A DNA stretch of 64,000 nucleotides, taken from Bacteroidales bacterium. Lineage in GTDB: Bacteria > Bacteroidota > Bacteroidia > Bacteroidales > WCHB1-69. The translations under genes were made by a program, and so were the position numbers. The notes below the pieces were generated by a model. The model was not told the origin of the DNA. It did no database searches and was given only the letters and a program-made list of their open reading frames with translations. Below, one piece after another: positions 46,306 through 55,716 of the stretch. The stretch covers positions 1,055 to 65,054 of the forward strand of contig JAFYNM010000012.1 in NCBI GenBank assembly GCA_017549765.1, in the 5' to 3' direction. The first letter of the stretch is position 1. Every line of letters begins with the position of its first letter.

Positions 46306-47046
46306 TTAAAGATTCTCAAAGGTGTCTGCAAAAGAGCAGATAGTATGGGGATGATCCACGAGCCAGAGGGCGGTGCGGATGGCACCGGCAGCGAAGCCCT
46401 GTCGCCCGTGGGCGTTGTGGGTGATGGTGATCTCGTCTTCAGGCGAGTTCCAGTGGATCTCATGGATGCCGGACACGTCGCCCACGCGGTGCGCCTGCAC
46501 AGGGATGATGCCCTTGGGGGCTTCGGCAGACTCAGTGAGCTGCCAGCCTTGGTAGTCGGGATCTTGATGCAGGATGCCCTCCGCCAGGGTGATGGCCGTG
46601 CCACTGGGGGCGTCCTTCTTGGCCGTATGATGAGTCTCCTCGATAGAGACGCCGTATTGAGTGTACTGGCGCATCTCAGCGGCCAGCCACTCGTTCATGC
46701 GGTTGAAGATGTGGACTCCGACGCTGAAGTTGGTGCCATAGACGAGCGAGGCGCCACAGGCCTTGCCCTTGGCGACGACCTCCTCCAAGCGGTCGTACCA
46801 GCCGGTGGTGCCGACCACGATGGGCACGCATGCCTCAAAGGCACGGAAAATATTGGCAATCGCCACAGAAGGCATGGAGAAATCGATGGCCACATCGGCT
46901 GTGCGGAACGCCGCCGTCTGCGATTGCCACTCCTCCTCATTGTCGATGATGGCGACCACCTCATAACCGGAATCGCGCAGCATGGATTCCACCATCCTGC
47001 CCATCTTTCCGTATCCTAATATGGCAAACTTGACATTCTTGTCCAT
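46306..47046 (-). CDS. dapB: 4-hydroxy-tetrahydrodipicolinate reductase
   Basis: GYGKMG N-terminus, IEETHHTAKKDAPSGTA signature. Confidence 0.9.
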   Translation of the reverse strand: MDKNVKFAILGYGKMGRMVESMLRDSGYEVVAIIDNEEEWQSQTAAFRTADVAIDFSMPSVAIANIFRAFEACVPIVVGTTGWYDRLEEVVAKGKACGASLVYGTNFSVGVHIFNRMNEWLAAEMRQYTQYGVSIEETHHTAKKDAPSGTAITLAEGILHQDPDYQGWQLTESAEAPKGIIPVQAHRVGDVSGIHEIHWNSPEDEITITHNAHGRQGFAAGAIRTALWLVDHPHTICSFADTFENL

Positions 47047-47062
47047 AGCATCTTGTTATTTA

Positions 47063-47638
47063 TCACCAGCGCAGTTGCAGATTGATACCGAAGGCATAGT
47101 CTCGACGTGAATAGTCTTGCATCATAATGGGCTTCCAATGCAGGGTCAGGTCGTCGGAGACATCAAAATAGAAGAGATGGGCGTCCACCATGGCATCGAT
47201 GAAATTGAGGACATAGAGCACCGCGGTGACGCCGATGGCGATCTCCATATTACGGCGCTGGTCGTTTTTCATCTTGAGGAGCTGCTCATCATCATATCTG
47301 GCAAGACTAGTGTCCAGCCTGGTATAGAGCCCATCGCGGCGGTAAATGAACTCGTCGCGATAGGTGATCATCTTATGGGCGGAATAGTACAGAAAATAAC
47401 CGGAAGCGCCCAGCGCGCCATAGACAATCGGTATTTTCCAGTATTTGCGGTTGTATATCTGTCCTCCGCCGGGCACGATGGAACAGAGCATGGCCACCGT
47501 TGGCGAGTGCTTGACCACCTTAGCGGAATCCGAAGCGGAGACCTGGGAAACCACCGGGGCGGGACTCTCCTCCTGGGCTGACAGCGGAAGAGTCAGTAAC
47601 AAGCAGAAAGACAGCAATATCCAACAACAATGTCTCAT
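47063..47638 (-). CDS. DUF5683 domain-containing protein
   Basis: SIVPGGGQIYNRKYWKIPIVYG motif. Sits in the position after parB where I recall DUF5683 genes in other Bacteroidota. Confidence 0.7.
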   Translation of the reverse strand: MRHCCWILLSFCLLLTLPLSAQEESPAPVVSQVSASDSAKVVKHSPTVAMLCSIVPGGGQIYNRKYWKIPIVYGALGASGYFLYYSAHKMITYRDEFIYRRDGLYTRLDTSLARYDDEQLLKMKNDQRRNMEIAIGVTAVLYVLNFIDAMVDAHLFYFDVSDDLTLHWKPIMMQDYSRRDYAFGINLQLRW

Positions 47639-47667
47639 AGGTCTGTGTAACGTATGATGAGGCTGGT

Positions 47668-48543
47668 TTATTGCAGGATATCCATCATTTTCTTCAAATC
47701 TTCGTCGGAGGTAAATGGGATGGTGATAGTGCCTTTGCCGGTGATATCCTTCTTGATTTTCACTTTCGTCTTCAGCTTTTTGCCGAAAGCGGTCTGGAAG
47801 GCGCGCACCTCGTCGGAGAGGGTGATCTTGACCTTCGGCTTGGCAGGTTCGAGTTCGTTGCGCAGTTTCTTGACCACCATCTCGGTCTGGCGGACCGACA
47901 GTTTGTCGTTCACAATCTGACGGATGACCTTCTGCTGGAGGGCCTCATCCTCGAGCACGACGAGGGGCAGTGCGTGGCCCATCGAGATCTGGTTGTCGCG
48001 CACGGCGATCTGGGCAGGGGTGGAGAGACGCAACAGACGCAGATAGTTGGAAACGGTGCTGCGGTCCTTGCCTACCTTGTCGCTGAGTTCTTCCTGTTTG
48101 AGACGGCACTCGTCGATGAGCATCTGGTAGCTCATGGCTATCTCTATAGGGTTCAGGTCGGAGCGCTGGATATTCTCCACGAGGGCCATCTGGACCGACT
48201 GCATATCGTCCACGGTACGGACGTAGGCGGGAATCTCGGTCAGCCCGGCCATCTTGGCGGCGCGGTAACGGCGTTCGCCGGAGATGAGCTGATAGCGGCC
48301 GCCCTCCACGGGACGGACCGTCACAGGCTGTATCAGACCGTAGGTCTTGATAGACTGTGCCAAGCCCTCCAGCGACTCCTCGTCAAACTGGGTTCTGGGT
48401 TGGAAGGGGTTCACGTCTATCGTGTCTATCTTCAAATAGCTGTTGCCTCCGGGCCGTGCCTGTGCCGGCTGTCCTGCCGGGATGGTCACATTGCCCAGAA
48501 TGGCTTCCAAGCCTCTGCCTTTCGGTTTTTCTGTCTTGCTCAT
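47668..48543 (-). CDS. parB: ParB/Spo0J chromosome-partitioning protein
   Basis: ParB box GLIQPVTVRP..YQLISGERRYRAAK and an HTH segment. Confidence 0.9.
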   Translation of the reverse strand: MSKTEKPKGRGLEAILGNVTIPAGQPAQARPGGNSYLKIDTIDVNPFQPRTQFDEESLEGLAQSIKTYGLIQPVTVRPVEGGRYQLISGERRYRAAKMAGLTEIPAYVRTVDDMQSVQMALVENIQRSDLNPIEIAMSYQMLIDECRLKQEELSDKVGKDRSTVSNYLRLLRLSTPAQIAVRDNQISMGHALPLVVLEDEALQQKVIRQIVNDKLSVRQTEMVVKKLRNELEPAKPKVKITLSDEVRAFQTAFGKKLKTKVKIKKDITGKGTITIPFTSDEDLKKMMDILQ

Positions 48544-48554
48544 ACTGCTGGGTC

Positions 48555-49328
48555 TTAAATCGTGTATCCGTTTTTATTGAGAAACTCGGTGGCGAGGTTC
48601 AGGTAGTTCTTGAAGCCGGTGGATTTCACGTCATAGAGGACGATCGGTTTCCCGTAGCTGGGGGCTTCGCTCAGACGCACGTTGCGGGAGATGATGGTGT
48701 CGAACACCAGGTCCTTGCAATGGAGGCGCACATCATCGACAACGGCATTGGAAGACTTGATGCGGGCCGTGTACATGGTCAGCAGGATGCCTTCGATGGC
48801 CAGCGACGGGTTCATGTTGGTCTGGACAATGCGGATGGTGTTCAGCAGTTTGCCAAGACCTTCAAGGGCGAAGTACTCGCATTGGACGGGTATCAGCACC
48901 GAGTCGGCAGCCACGAGGGAGTTGAGGGTGATGAGTCCCAGCGACGGTGCACAGTCGATGAAGATGAAGTCGTAGTCGTTCTTCAAGGAGTAGATGGCAT
49001 CCTTCATGCGGAACTCGCGGCGTTCATAGGAGATCATCTCCAGCTCGGCACCCACCAAGTCCATGGTGGCGGGCAGCAGGTGCAGCTTCTGAATGTCGGT
49101 GGGCTGGATGGCCTCCACCGCCAGACGGTTGTCCACAATGCAGTCGTAGATGGAGATGGTGTCGTCCTGCTTCTCAAAGCCCAATCCGCTGGAGGCGTTG
49201 GCCTGCGGGTCGGCATCTATCAAGAGCACCTTCAGGTCGAGCGCGGCCACACAGGCAGCCAGGTTGACCGCCGTGGTGGTCTTGCCCACCCCGCCCTTCT
49301 GATTTGCTATGGCGACGATCTTTCCCAT
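48555..49328 (-). CDS. parA: ParA/Soj family ATPase
   Basis: Deviant Walker A NQKGGVGKTTT; DCAPSLG. Confidence 0.9.
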   Translation of the reverse strand: MGKIVAIANQKGGVGKTTTAVNLAACVAALDLKVLLIDADPQANASSGLGFEKQDDTISIYDCIVDNRLAVEAIQPTDIQKLHLLPATMDLVGAELEMISYERREFRMKDAIYSLKNDYDFIFIDCAPSLGLITLNSLVAADSVLIPVQCEYFALEGLGKLLNTIRIVQTNMNPSLAIEGILLTMYTARIKSSNAVVDDVRLHCKDLVFDTIISRNVRLSEAPSYGKPIVLYDVKSTGFKNYLNLATEFLNKNGYTI

Positions 49329-49666
49329 TACAATGTGAAGCCAAGATTGGAAAAATCTTCGTCCAGGTCACGCTCGTTGAGCTTCTCCTCGGTCTCGAAA
49401 TTCATCTCCTCGGGCACCTTGCCGGTGTTGATGAACTCCACCATGCCGTTCAACGCGTTCTGGAACTTCTCAAAATCCTCTTTGTATAAAAAGACTTTAT
49501 GCTTCTCATAGAAGAAAGTGCCCGTAACATCATTGAACTTACGCTTGCTTTCTGTGATCGTTAAATACATTTCACCCGTCTTGGTACTCTTCACATCGAA
49601 GAAGTACGTTCTTTTACCTGCCTTTACAGCGCGAGATAAAACTTCATTCTTGTCTTGATTTTCCAT
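49328..49666 (-). CDS. DUF3276 (PUR-alpha-like) nucleic-acid-binding protein
   Basis: RTYFFDVKSTKTGEMYLTITESKR and a second half-repeat FFYEKHKVFLYKEDF. The stop overlaps the parA ATG (TAATG). Confidence 0.7.
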   Translation of the reverse strand: MENQDKNEVLSRAVKAGKRTYFFDVKSTKTGEMYLTITESKRKFNDVTGTFFYEKHKVFLYKEDFEKFQNALNGMVEFINTGKVPEEMNFETEEKLNERDLDEDFSNLGFTL

Positions 49667-49724
49667 TTTTTTACGTTTTTATTCATCAACTCAATGATGG
49701 GCTCATCATTTTCGTCAAAAATTG

Positions 49725-51653
49725 TTATTTGGATCTTTTTTGTTGTTGTTTCTGTAACTGTGCCTGCTGTTTTTGCAGCTCTTCCATCTTGATTTGCCAT
49801 TTGGACTTCTTCACGGGTTTCTGCATATTGGCCTTGAGCTGTTGGTGTAGCTTGTCATCATTGATAGCCATACGGAAAATCCACATCTGCAGGAATGTGA
49901 AGATGTTAAACAGCAAGTAATAGTATGTCAATGCGGAAGCGAAGTTGTTGAACATGAAGAAGAACATGATCGGCATCATATACATCATGATGCTCATCAT
50001 CCGCTGTTGGTCTTTGTTGCCCTGCGTGGGATTCATCAGTTTGTTGTTGATCCACGTATAGAAGATGGTGGCAATAGTCATGAGGATCGTGAAGAGGCTC
50101 AGGTGGTCGCCCAGCAACGGCACATGGTGGGTGAAGTTCCAGATGGAGTCATAGGTGGAAAGGTCTTCAGCCCACAGGAACGACTGCTGGCGCAGTTCGT
50201 AGGAGGCCGGGAAGAAACGGTACATGGCGATCAGGATAGGCATCTGGAGCAGCATGGGCAGACATCCGCCGGCGGGCTTCACCCCGGCGCTGCGGTACAA
50301 CGCCATGGTGGCCTGCTGTTTCTTCATCATGTCCTCTTCTTTGGGATAGCGTGCATTGATGGCTTCAATCTCGGGCTTCAGCACACGCATCTTGGCCGAT
50401 GACATGTAGGTCTTGTAGCTGACCGGCAGCAATACGACCTTCAAGGCGATGGTCAACAGCAGGATGATCAAGCCATAGCTCAGGCCATAGACCTCCAGCC
50501 AGTTGAAGAGCGGGATGATGAGGAACCGGTTGATCCAATGGAGCAGGAAGAAACGCCAGCCCAGGGGCACTTGGCGTTCCAGCTTCATCTTGTAGGTCTT
50601 CAGCAGACGATATTGGTTGGGGCCCACATACATCGACATGTTGAAGGATCCCTTGTTGAGGTCGGGCATCTGGAAGTCCAGGGCCGCCTTGCAGTATTTC
50701 AGCACCTCGCGCTCCTCCTTGTCCGGAGCGGTGGCGGAGAGTGTGCCGGAATCAAAAGTCTGCTCTCCGTTGGCAATCAAGGTGGCTGTAAAGAACTGCT
50801 GTTTGAAGGAGATCCACTTCAGCGGGGAGGTGAAGTCTTTGGAACCGCCCTTGCGCTCGTCGATATTGCCGACCTCCTCCGTATTGTCCATGTAATAGAC
50901 CGACGTCAGGTTCTTCTCGTTCTCGTAGTTCTTCTCCACATTCTTGGGCTCCGCATTCCACTCCAGCGTGTAGTTGTGCTTCGTAGGATAAAGATACGGC
51001 TCCATATTGACGAAACGCACCGTATGCGTGAACATGTAGTCGTCAGGAGAGAAGGTGTAGAGATATTCGATGTAGGAATTGACGTTGAGGGTCTGGCACT
51101 GCAAGGTATCTCCTTGGTTGTTAGGATAGATACGGAGGGAGAGCGTATTGTGTGACTCATCCACCACGAGGGTGTCCGCATCCAAATCGGAGAGGAAATA
51201 GCAGTCGCGGGTGCCGATCTCGGTCTGGTCGCGGAGCTGCAGGTTGATGTTGATCTCGCTGGATCCGCCTTCAAAGACCTCCATCAGGATCTTGGCAGAG
51301 TCTTTGGGCGTGTAGCGATAGACATCCTTGAGGCATACCTTATGCAGATAACCGCCCTTCTTGGTGAAGTAGTACCACGCCTTGTTGGTCTCCACCACAT
51401 AGTCATCCATATTGGCCAGCTGGGGCGAAGAGAACTGTTGGTTCTCCTGCACGGCAGGCGTATTTTCATTCAACGAATCCTGGGCTGTCAATGAGAGCGC
51501 TTGAGCGATAGAATCCTCCTGTTGTTGCACCTCCTCCATAGTCTTCTGTTCCTGCTCCTGCATGATCTTCCGAGCCCTGTTAGACTGGTAAAAGCTGAAG
51601 CCTAGGAACATGACAAAAATCAGCAATAATCCAATAACCGTATTTCTATCCAT
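49725..51653 (-). CDS. yidC: Membrane protein insertase YidC
   Basis: N-terminal TM, a large periplasmic domain, and a C-terminal 60-kDa insertase core (GCLPMLLQMPILIAMY). Confidence 0.9.
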   Translation of the reverse strand: MDRNTVIGLLLIFVMFLGFSFYQSNRARKIMQEQEQKTMEEVQQQEDSIAQALSLTAQDSLNENTPAVQENQQFSSPQLANMDDYVVETNKAWYYFTKKGGYLHKVCLKDVYRYTPKDSAKILMEVFEGGSSEININLQLRDQTEIGTRDCYFLSDLDADTLVVDESHNTLSLRIYPNNQGDTLQCQTLNVNSYIEYLYTFSPDDYMFTHTVRFVNMEPYLYPTKHNYTLEWNAEPKNVEKNYENEKNLTSVYYMDNTEEVGNIDERKGGSKDFTSPLKWISFKQQFFTATLIANGEQTFDSGTLSATAPDKEEREVLKYCKAALDFQMPDLNKGSFNMSMYVGPNQYRLLKTYKMKLERQVPLGWRFFLLHWINRFLIIPLFNWLEVYGLSYGLIILLLTIALKVVLLPVSYKTYMSSAKMRVLKPEIEAINARYPKEEDMMKKQQATMALYRSAGVKPAGGCLPMLLQMPILIAMYRFFPASYELRQQSFLWAEDLSTYDSIWNFTHHVPLLGDHLSLFTILMTIATIFYTWINNKLMNPTQGNKDQQRMMSIMMYMMPIMFFFMFNNFASALTYYYLLFNIFTFLQMWIFRMAINDDKLHQQLKANMQKPVKKSKWQIKMEELQKQQAQLQKQQQKRSK

Positions 51654-51721
51654 AGTCTTCCAAAAATTGGCTGCAAAAATACAAAAAAAAATGTAATATT
51701 GCAGCGAAATTCATCATCCTC

Positions 51722-52903
51722 ATGAAGTCGAACCGTTTTTTCGTATGGTCTCTCACCATCAGCCTGTTATGCACCAGTTCGCCCCTGACAGCCCAGAATG
51801 ACACCATCCCTTTCCTTTATCGGGGGCACCTCTATTTCAACGCCACGCTCAACGACACCGTCAGCCTCGACATCATTTATGACACTGGCGGTTCCAATGT
51901 ATTCGGGGTGGACTCCGTATGGCTGGCCCATTCCGACTGGACACCCAAGCACCTTGGCACTGCCCGAGCAGGCGGCGGGGCCGGTTCCATGCTCGTCCCC
52001 CTCATCATGGACTCCTCGAAAGTAACTATCGGCAACATCCAAGAGCACTATGACATAGTTCCGGTCTTCAAATTGCGGGACGTGGTGGACTGCCACATCG
52101 ACGGTATCAGTGGCATCAAAGGAATTGACAACCAGCCGTTGGAGATCGACTTCGAACACAACCTAATGATCAAGCATAAAAACGGACTGCCCAGCACGAA
52201 AGGCTATAAGAAAATCCCCATCAGGTATGGGCTCCATCGTATTTACATTTGGGCAGAGACCAAAATCGGAGGCACCCTAGTCAAAGGGTGGTATATGATG
52301 GACACGGGCAGCGGGGGTACCGTCTCTTATACCGCCCAGGCCGCCAGACAGTTTCAGCTAGATACCATTTCTGGCAAAAGATACATTTGTGATGTCGCCC
52401 AATTCGGCCTTGGCGACAAAAAACAAGAGTACATCGTCTACTTGCCGTCCGACTATATGGTCATCGGGGATGACACCATCCAGAAAATGCCCATCTCCTA
52501 CATACCGGAAGGCGTGGGCGCATTCGGCAACATGGAATATCTGGGAGTGATCGGCAACGCCATCTGGTCCAGATACAACATCATCATCGATGCGGAAAAC
52601 GAGATGCTCTATCTGCGTCGTTTCAAAGAGTTTACCCCGATACCCACCTACGACTATACTTTCAGAAATCGCACGGATATTTGCAAAGGCTGGTTGGTTT
52701 CCAGCCTCTTCCGGGAGGGCGATGCCGCCAACGCAGGGATGGCGCTGGAAGACACCATCATCTCCATCAACGGAAGAAACGTGACCGACTACTCTTGGGA
52801 GGAGGAATGGGATATCGACATCATCCCCGTGCAGGTGCTGGACATCATCGGTGCCGACGGCCAGGAAAAGCACATCACGCTGGAAGCGAAACAACGATGG
52901 TGA
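51722..52903 (+). CDS. Secreted aspartic protease (two retropepsin-like lobes) with C-terminal PDZ domain
   Basis: Signal peptide. Two D-T-G motifs (IIYDTGGSN near residue 53 and YMMDTGSGG near residue 195). PDZ-like GDAANAGMALEDTIISINGRNV. Confidence 0.65.
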   Translation: MKSNRFFVWSLTISLLCTSSPLTAQNDTIPFLYRGHLYFNATLNDTVSLDIIYDTGGSNVFGVDSVWLAHSDWTPKHLGTARAGGGAGSMLVPLIMDSSKVTIGNIQEHYDIVPVFKLRDVVDCHIDGISGIKGIDNQPLEIDFEHNLMIKHKNGLPSTKGYKKIPIRYGLHRIYIWAETKIGGTLVKGWYMMDTGSGGTVSYTAQAARQFQLDTISGKRYICDVAQFGLGDKKQEYIVYLPSDYMVIGDDTIQKMPISYIPEGVGAFGNMEYLGVIGNAIWSRYNIIIDAENEMLYLRRFKEFTPIPTYDYTFRNRTDICKGWLVSSLFREGDAANAGMALEDTIISINGRNVTDYSWEEEWDIDIIPVQVLDIIGADGQEKHITLEAKQRW

Positions 52904-52907
52904 GGAG

Positions 52908-52977
52908 TTAGCCATTGGCTGTTAGCTGTTGGCCATTAGCTATTAGCTGTTGGACTTTGACTTTGAACTTTGACTTT
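52908..52977. repeat. Heptamer tandem array immediately after the protease stop codon
   Basis: Ten 7-mers: TTAGCCA TTGGCTG TTAGCTG TTGGCCA TTAGCTA TTAGCTG TTGGACT TTGACTT TGAACTT TGACTTT. TAG/TGA codons fall in all three + frames. Confidence 0.75.
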
Positions 52978-53040
52978 AATGGTCACACTGCAATTCATCA
53001 TGCCAACAGTAATCTGTGAACGGTAAAGGAACTAAACCCT

Positions 53041-53073
53041 CTTAACTTCTTAGTTTCTTAATTTCTTAATTCC
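53041..53073. repeat. Short T/A-rich 7-8-nt tandem repeats (cttaact tcttagt ttcttaa tttcttaa)
   Basis: Visible imperfect periodic repeat of ttcttaa-type units. Confidence 0.5.
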
Positions 53074-53074
53074 T

Positions 53075-53096
53075 CAAACTGCGGGGACGCAGTTTG
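53075..53096. terminator. Hairpin between convergent genes (candidate bidirectional terminator)
   Basis: 9-bp perfect stem caaactgcg / cgcagtttg with a ggga loop. No strong U-tract on either side. Confidence 0.45.
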
Positions 53097-53106
53097 CTCC
53101 GACTCC

Positions 53107-53162
53107 CTAACTTCTAACTGCTCACTGCTCACTGCTCAATGCTCACTGCTCACTGCTCACTT
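53107..53162. repeat. Heptamer tandem array that includes the histidine-kinase stop codon
   Basis: Eight 7-mers: CTAACTT CTAACTG CTCACTG CTCACTG CTCAATG CTCACTG CTCACTG CTCACTT. On the minus strand this gives six TGA triplets spaced 7 nt apart, the first (53157-53159) being the kinase stop. Confidence 0.8.
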
Positions 53163-54692
53163 CTTAAACGGCAGCGAGATCATAAAGGTGCTCCCCTTCC
53201 CTTCAATACTCTCCACCTCGATCTTGCCTTTGTGCAGCGTGACGATCCTTTTCACGTAACCCAGTCCCAGACCGTATCCCTTCACATTGTGGACATTGCC
53301 GCTGGGCACCCGGTAGAAGTTGCTGAAAATCTCAGGCAGCGACTTCTTCGGGATTCCGATGCCCTTGTCGGTGACGGAAAGCATGAAATACTTGTCGTTA
53401 GAGAGCGTATTAATGAGGATCTCCGGCTTCCCTTCGGAGTATTTGACAGCATTCTCCACCAGGTTAACCAGCACATTAGTTAAATGCTCTTTGTCGCCGA
53501 ATATCTTGCAGTTATCGGCATTGAGCGCCAGGTTCAAGATGCCGTTATGGGTATTCACCAACAGGGCCACGCTGTCCACGACCTTGTGGACCAGTTCGTG
53601 CATGTCCAGCAGCTCCACATTCATCTTGATCTGCCCTTTTTTCAGCTGGGCAATCTGCAGGATATTGGTCACCATGGACCGCAGGCGTTCATTCTCGTCT
53701 CCGATAATCTGGACATAGGTCTTCTGGATTTCCGGGTTGGAGAGGGTCTCTTCGTCATTCAGGGCTTCGCATGCCAGAGAGATCGTGGAGATGGGGGTCT
53801 TGAACTCGTGGGTCATGTTGTCCACGAACTCGTTGGTCACCTCCGACACTTTTTTCTGGCGGTAGAGAGAATAGAGGGAGACAAAAGAGATGGTGGAGAC
53901 CAGGAACACGAGTATGAGGATCATCATCACGATGGTGCTCATACGTTGCAGGAAGATACCGCGCTCACCGGGGAAATAGAGGATGATATAGTGCGGGGAA
54001 CTGACTTTTTCGTTGTACTTCAGGCGGAAGACATAGTCGCTCTGGAGCATCTTCTCGCGGGGCATGGAGGAGGGCTCCACCACAAACTCAGTCGTGAAGG
54101 CATTGTACAGGGCAAAATCGAATTTTGCCTCGATGGTCTCCTCTTCCAACGCCTCCTTGATCAGGTCTTTCAAGAAGCTAGGATTCAGGATGTCCTTGGT
54201 GGTGCTGTCAAGCTGCACCATATTGACATCCACCTTCTCCAGGAAACTGTTGGGTATCTCATCCTGGCTTTTGGGCGACCATGGGTCTTTGTAGAGCGGG
54301 AAGAGCATCCTGAAGGATTCGCTGAAATAGGTGGTGTCGCTGGAGACCACCCGCGCATTATCCTCCTTGATATATATCTCCGTCATAATCACACCAATGG
54401 GCTGGTTCTTGACACTGTCAAGCAAGAACTTGCGGGAATGCTGCACCGAGACCACGTCAGAGGTGTCAATTGATTCCGCAATGGTAGTGTCTGCTACCGG
54501 CATCAAGGTGTCGTTCTTAAGGATAGCGTCGATCTGGTCCACCACATTGTTACCAGCGGTCAGCACCTCGTTGACGAAGATGCTGCGCTGCACCTTCTCC
54601 GCTTCTGTATATAGCTTGAAGATGGAGAGGATCAGGAAGAAAGTGGTGACGATGACCACAAAAAACAGCGAAACAATCAATCTTTTTTTCAT
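53157..54692 (-). CDS. Sensor histidine kinase
   Basis: Two TM segments flank a periplasmic domain. HisKA H-box MTHEFKTPIS. HATPase_c N, G1 and G2 boxes (LVENAVKYS, DKGIGI, GYGLGLGYV). Confidence 0.85.
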   Translation of the reverse strand: MKKRLIVSLFFVVIVTTFFLILSIFKLYTEAEKVQRSIFVNEVLTAGNNVVDQIDAILKNDTLMPVADTTIAESIDTSDVVSVQHSRKFLLDSVKNQPIGVIMTEIYIKEDNARVVSSDTTYFSESFRMLFPLYKDPWSPKSQDEIPNSFLEKVDVNMVQLDSTTKDILNPSFLKDLIKEALEEETIEAKFDFALYNAFTTEFVVEPSSMPREKMLQSDYVFRLKYNEKVSSPHYIILYFPGERGIFLQRMSTIVMMILILVFLVSTISFVSLYSLYRQKKVSEVTNEFVDNMTHEFKTPISTISLACEALNDEETLSNPEIQKTYVQIIGDENERLRSMVTNILQIAQLKKGQIKMNVELLDMHELVHKVVDSVALLVNTHNGILNLALNADNCKIFGDKEHLTNVLVNLVENAVKYSEGKPEILINTLSNDKYFMLSVTDKGIGIPKKSLPEIFSNFYRVPSGNVHNVKGYGLGLGYVKRIVTLHKGKIEVESIEGKGSTFMISLPFKK

Positions 54693-54702
54693 ATCAATAA
54701 TA

Positions 54703-55716
54703 TCATCCTATCGTCTGCAGAAAATGAATCGTCGTGTCCAGAGAGAGATCTTTGTCGGCATATACGGATCCGAAAGGCTTGGTCTCCATCCCGTCAAATC
54801 CTTGTCCCACAACAGTATATATCGTCTCTTTGCGTTCGCGCAACCACTCCTGCACTTCAGACGGCTTTTGGTAATAGACATAGCGTATAACGCCAGTCGG
54901 GGCGATTTCTTGTGTATCCTCCACCAATAAAAATGTGCCGGCATCCATATAGAAGCGTTTGTTCATCAGGCGGACAGACTTCTGGTACTCGAGATGGTTG
55001 AGAAGCTGATGGTGCTGAGCCAGCGAGTGGCTTTGCCTGGCGAGGCTCTGCAGGAGGGGCACGAAATCATAATCCTTCGGCACCAAGAGGGTGCGGACGG
55101 CGGCTCTGGGGCGCCCGAAGAACCAGCTGATGTCGGAGGCCAGGGCTGTCAACTCCTGCGGCGACTCCTTGCCCGTCAGCAGGGCGACAGACGACTGGTA
55201 CGGACGGACCAGATGGGGGATCTTTTGCAGATAATGCTCCCAGACGGCCGTGTTCTGTTCCATATCCTGCACGATCACGGCATCGCAGGGAGGCAGTTTC
55301 TCCACCATGCGCACGCGTCCGCGTATGGTGGGCTCCAACGCTTCCAGTTCCTGGAGCAGCAGCGGCAACAGGAGTTCATCTTTGGGATGTTGTTTCAGCG
55401 CGCAGTCGCAACCCGCCATCAAGACACAGAGCAGGTCGGGGAAGGCCGACAACGGGCGCATCCCATCGGGGACCAATCCCACCGTTTTATTTGGCAGTTG
55501 AGGATATCCTTTATTAAACTTATGCTTTAGATACTCTAGATTAAGCATCTCTGCCACAAGCTGAAACGACAGTTTTATAAACTCAGGCGTAAACCACGGG
55601 TTGAGTTGGTATTGGCGTTGGATTACCGGCTCCTTGTCGAGGAGATAGTCCTCCATCCTCATCTGGATTCCGAGGTTGGCGAAGGGCAGGATCTTATCGT
55701 TTTCCAGGGGCTGCAT
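54703..55716 (-). CDS. Acyl-CoA reductase (LuxC-like)
   Basis: 337 aa. The N-terminal NPWFTPEF motif and overall size match Bacteroidota LuxC-like acyl-CoA reductases as I recall them. The ATG overlaps the upstream stop (TAATG). Confidence 0.5.
   Translation of the reverse strand: MQPLENDKILPFANLGIQMRMEDYLLDKEPVIQRQYQLNPWFTPEFIKLSFQLVAEMLNLEYLKHKFNKGYPQLPNKTVGLVPDGMRPLSAFPDLLCVLMAGCDCALKQHPKDELLLPLLLQELEALEPTIRGRVRMVEKLPPCDAVIVQDMEQNTAVWEHYLQKIPHLVRPYQSSVALLTGKESPQELTALASDISWFFGRPRAAVRTLLVPKDYDFVPLLQSLARQSHSLAQHHQLLNHLEYQKSVRLMNKRFYMDAGTFLLVEDTQEIAPTGVIRYVYYQKPSEVQEWLRERKETIYTVVGQGFDGMETKPFGSVYADKDLSLDTTIHFLQTIG

Noticed and set aside
52908-53162. Tandem repeats considered as a CRISPR array.
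   Set aside because: The units are 7 nt with no spacers, there is no leader, and no cas genes are in the window. They are microsatellite-like heptamer arrays, reported separately.
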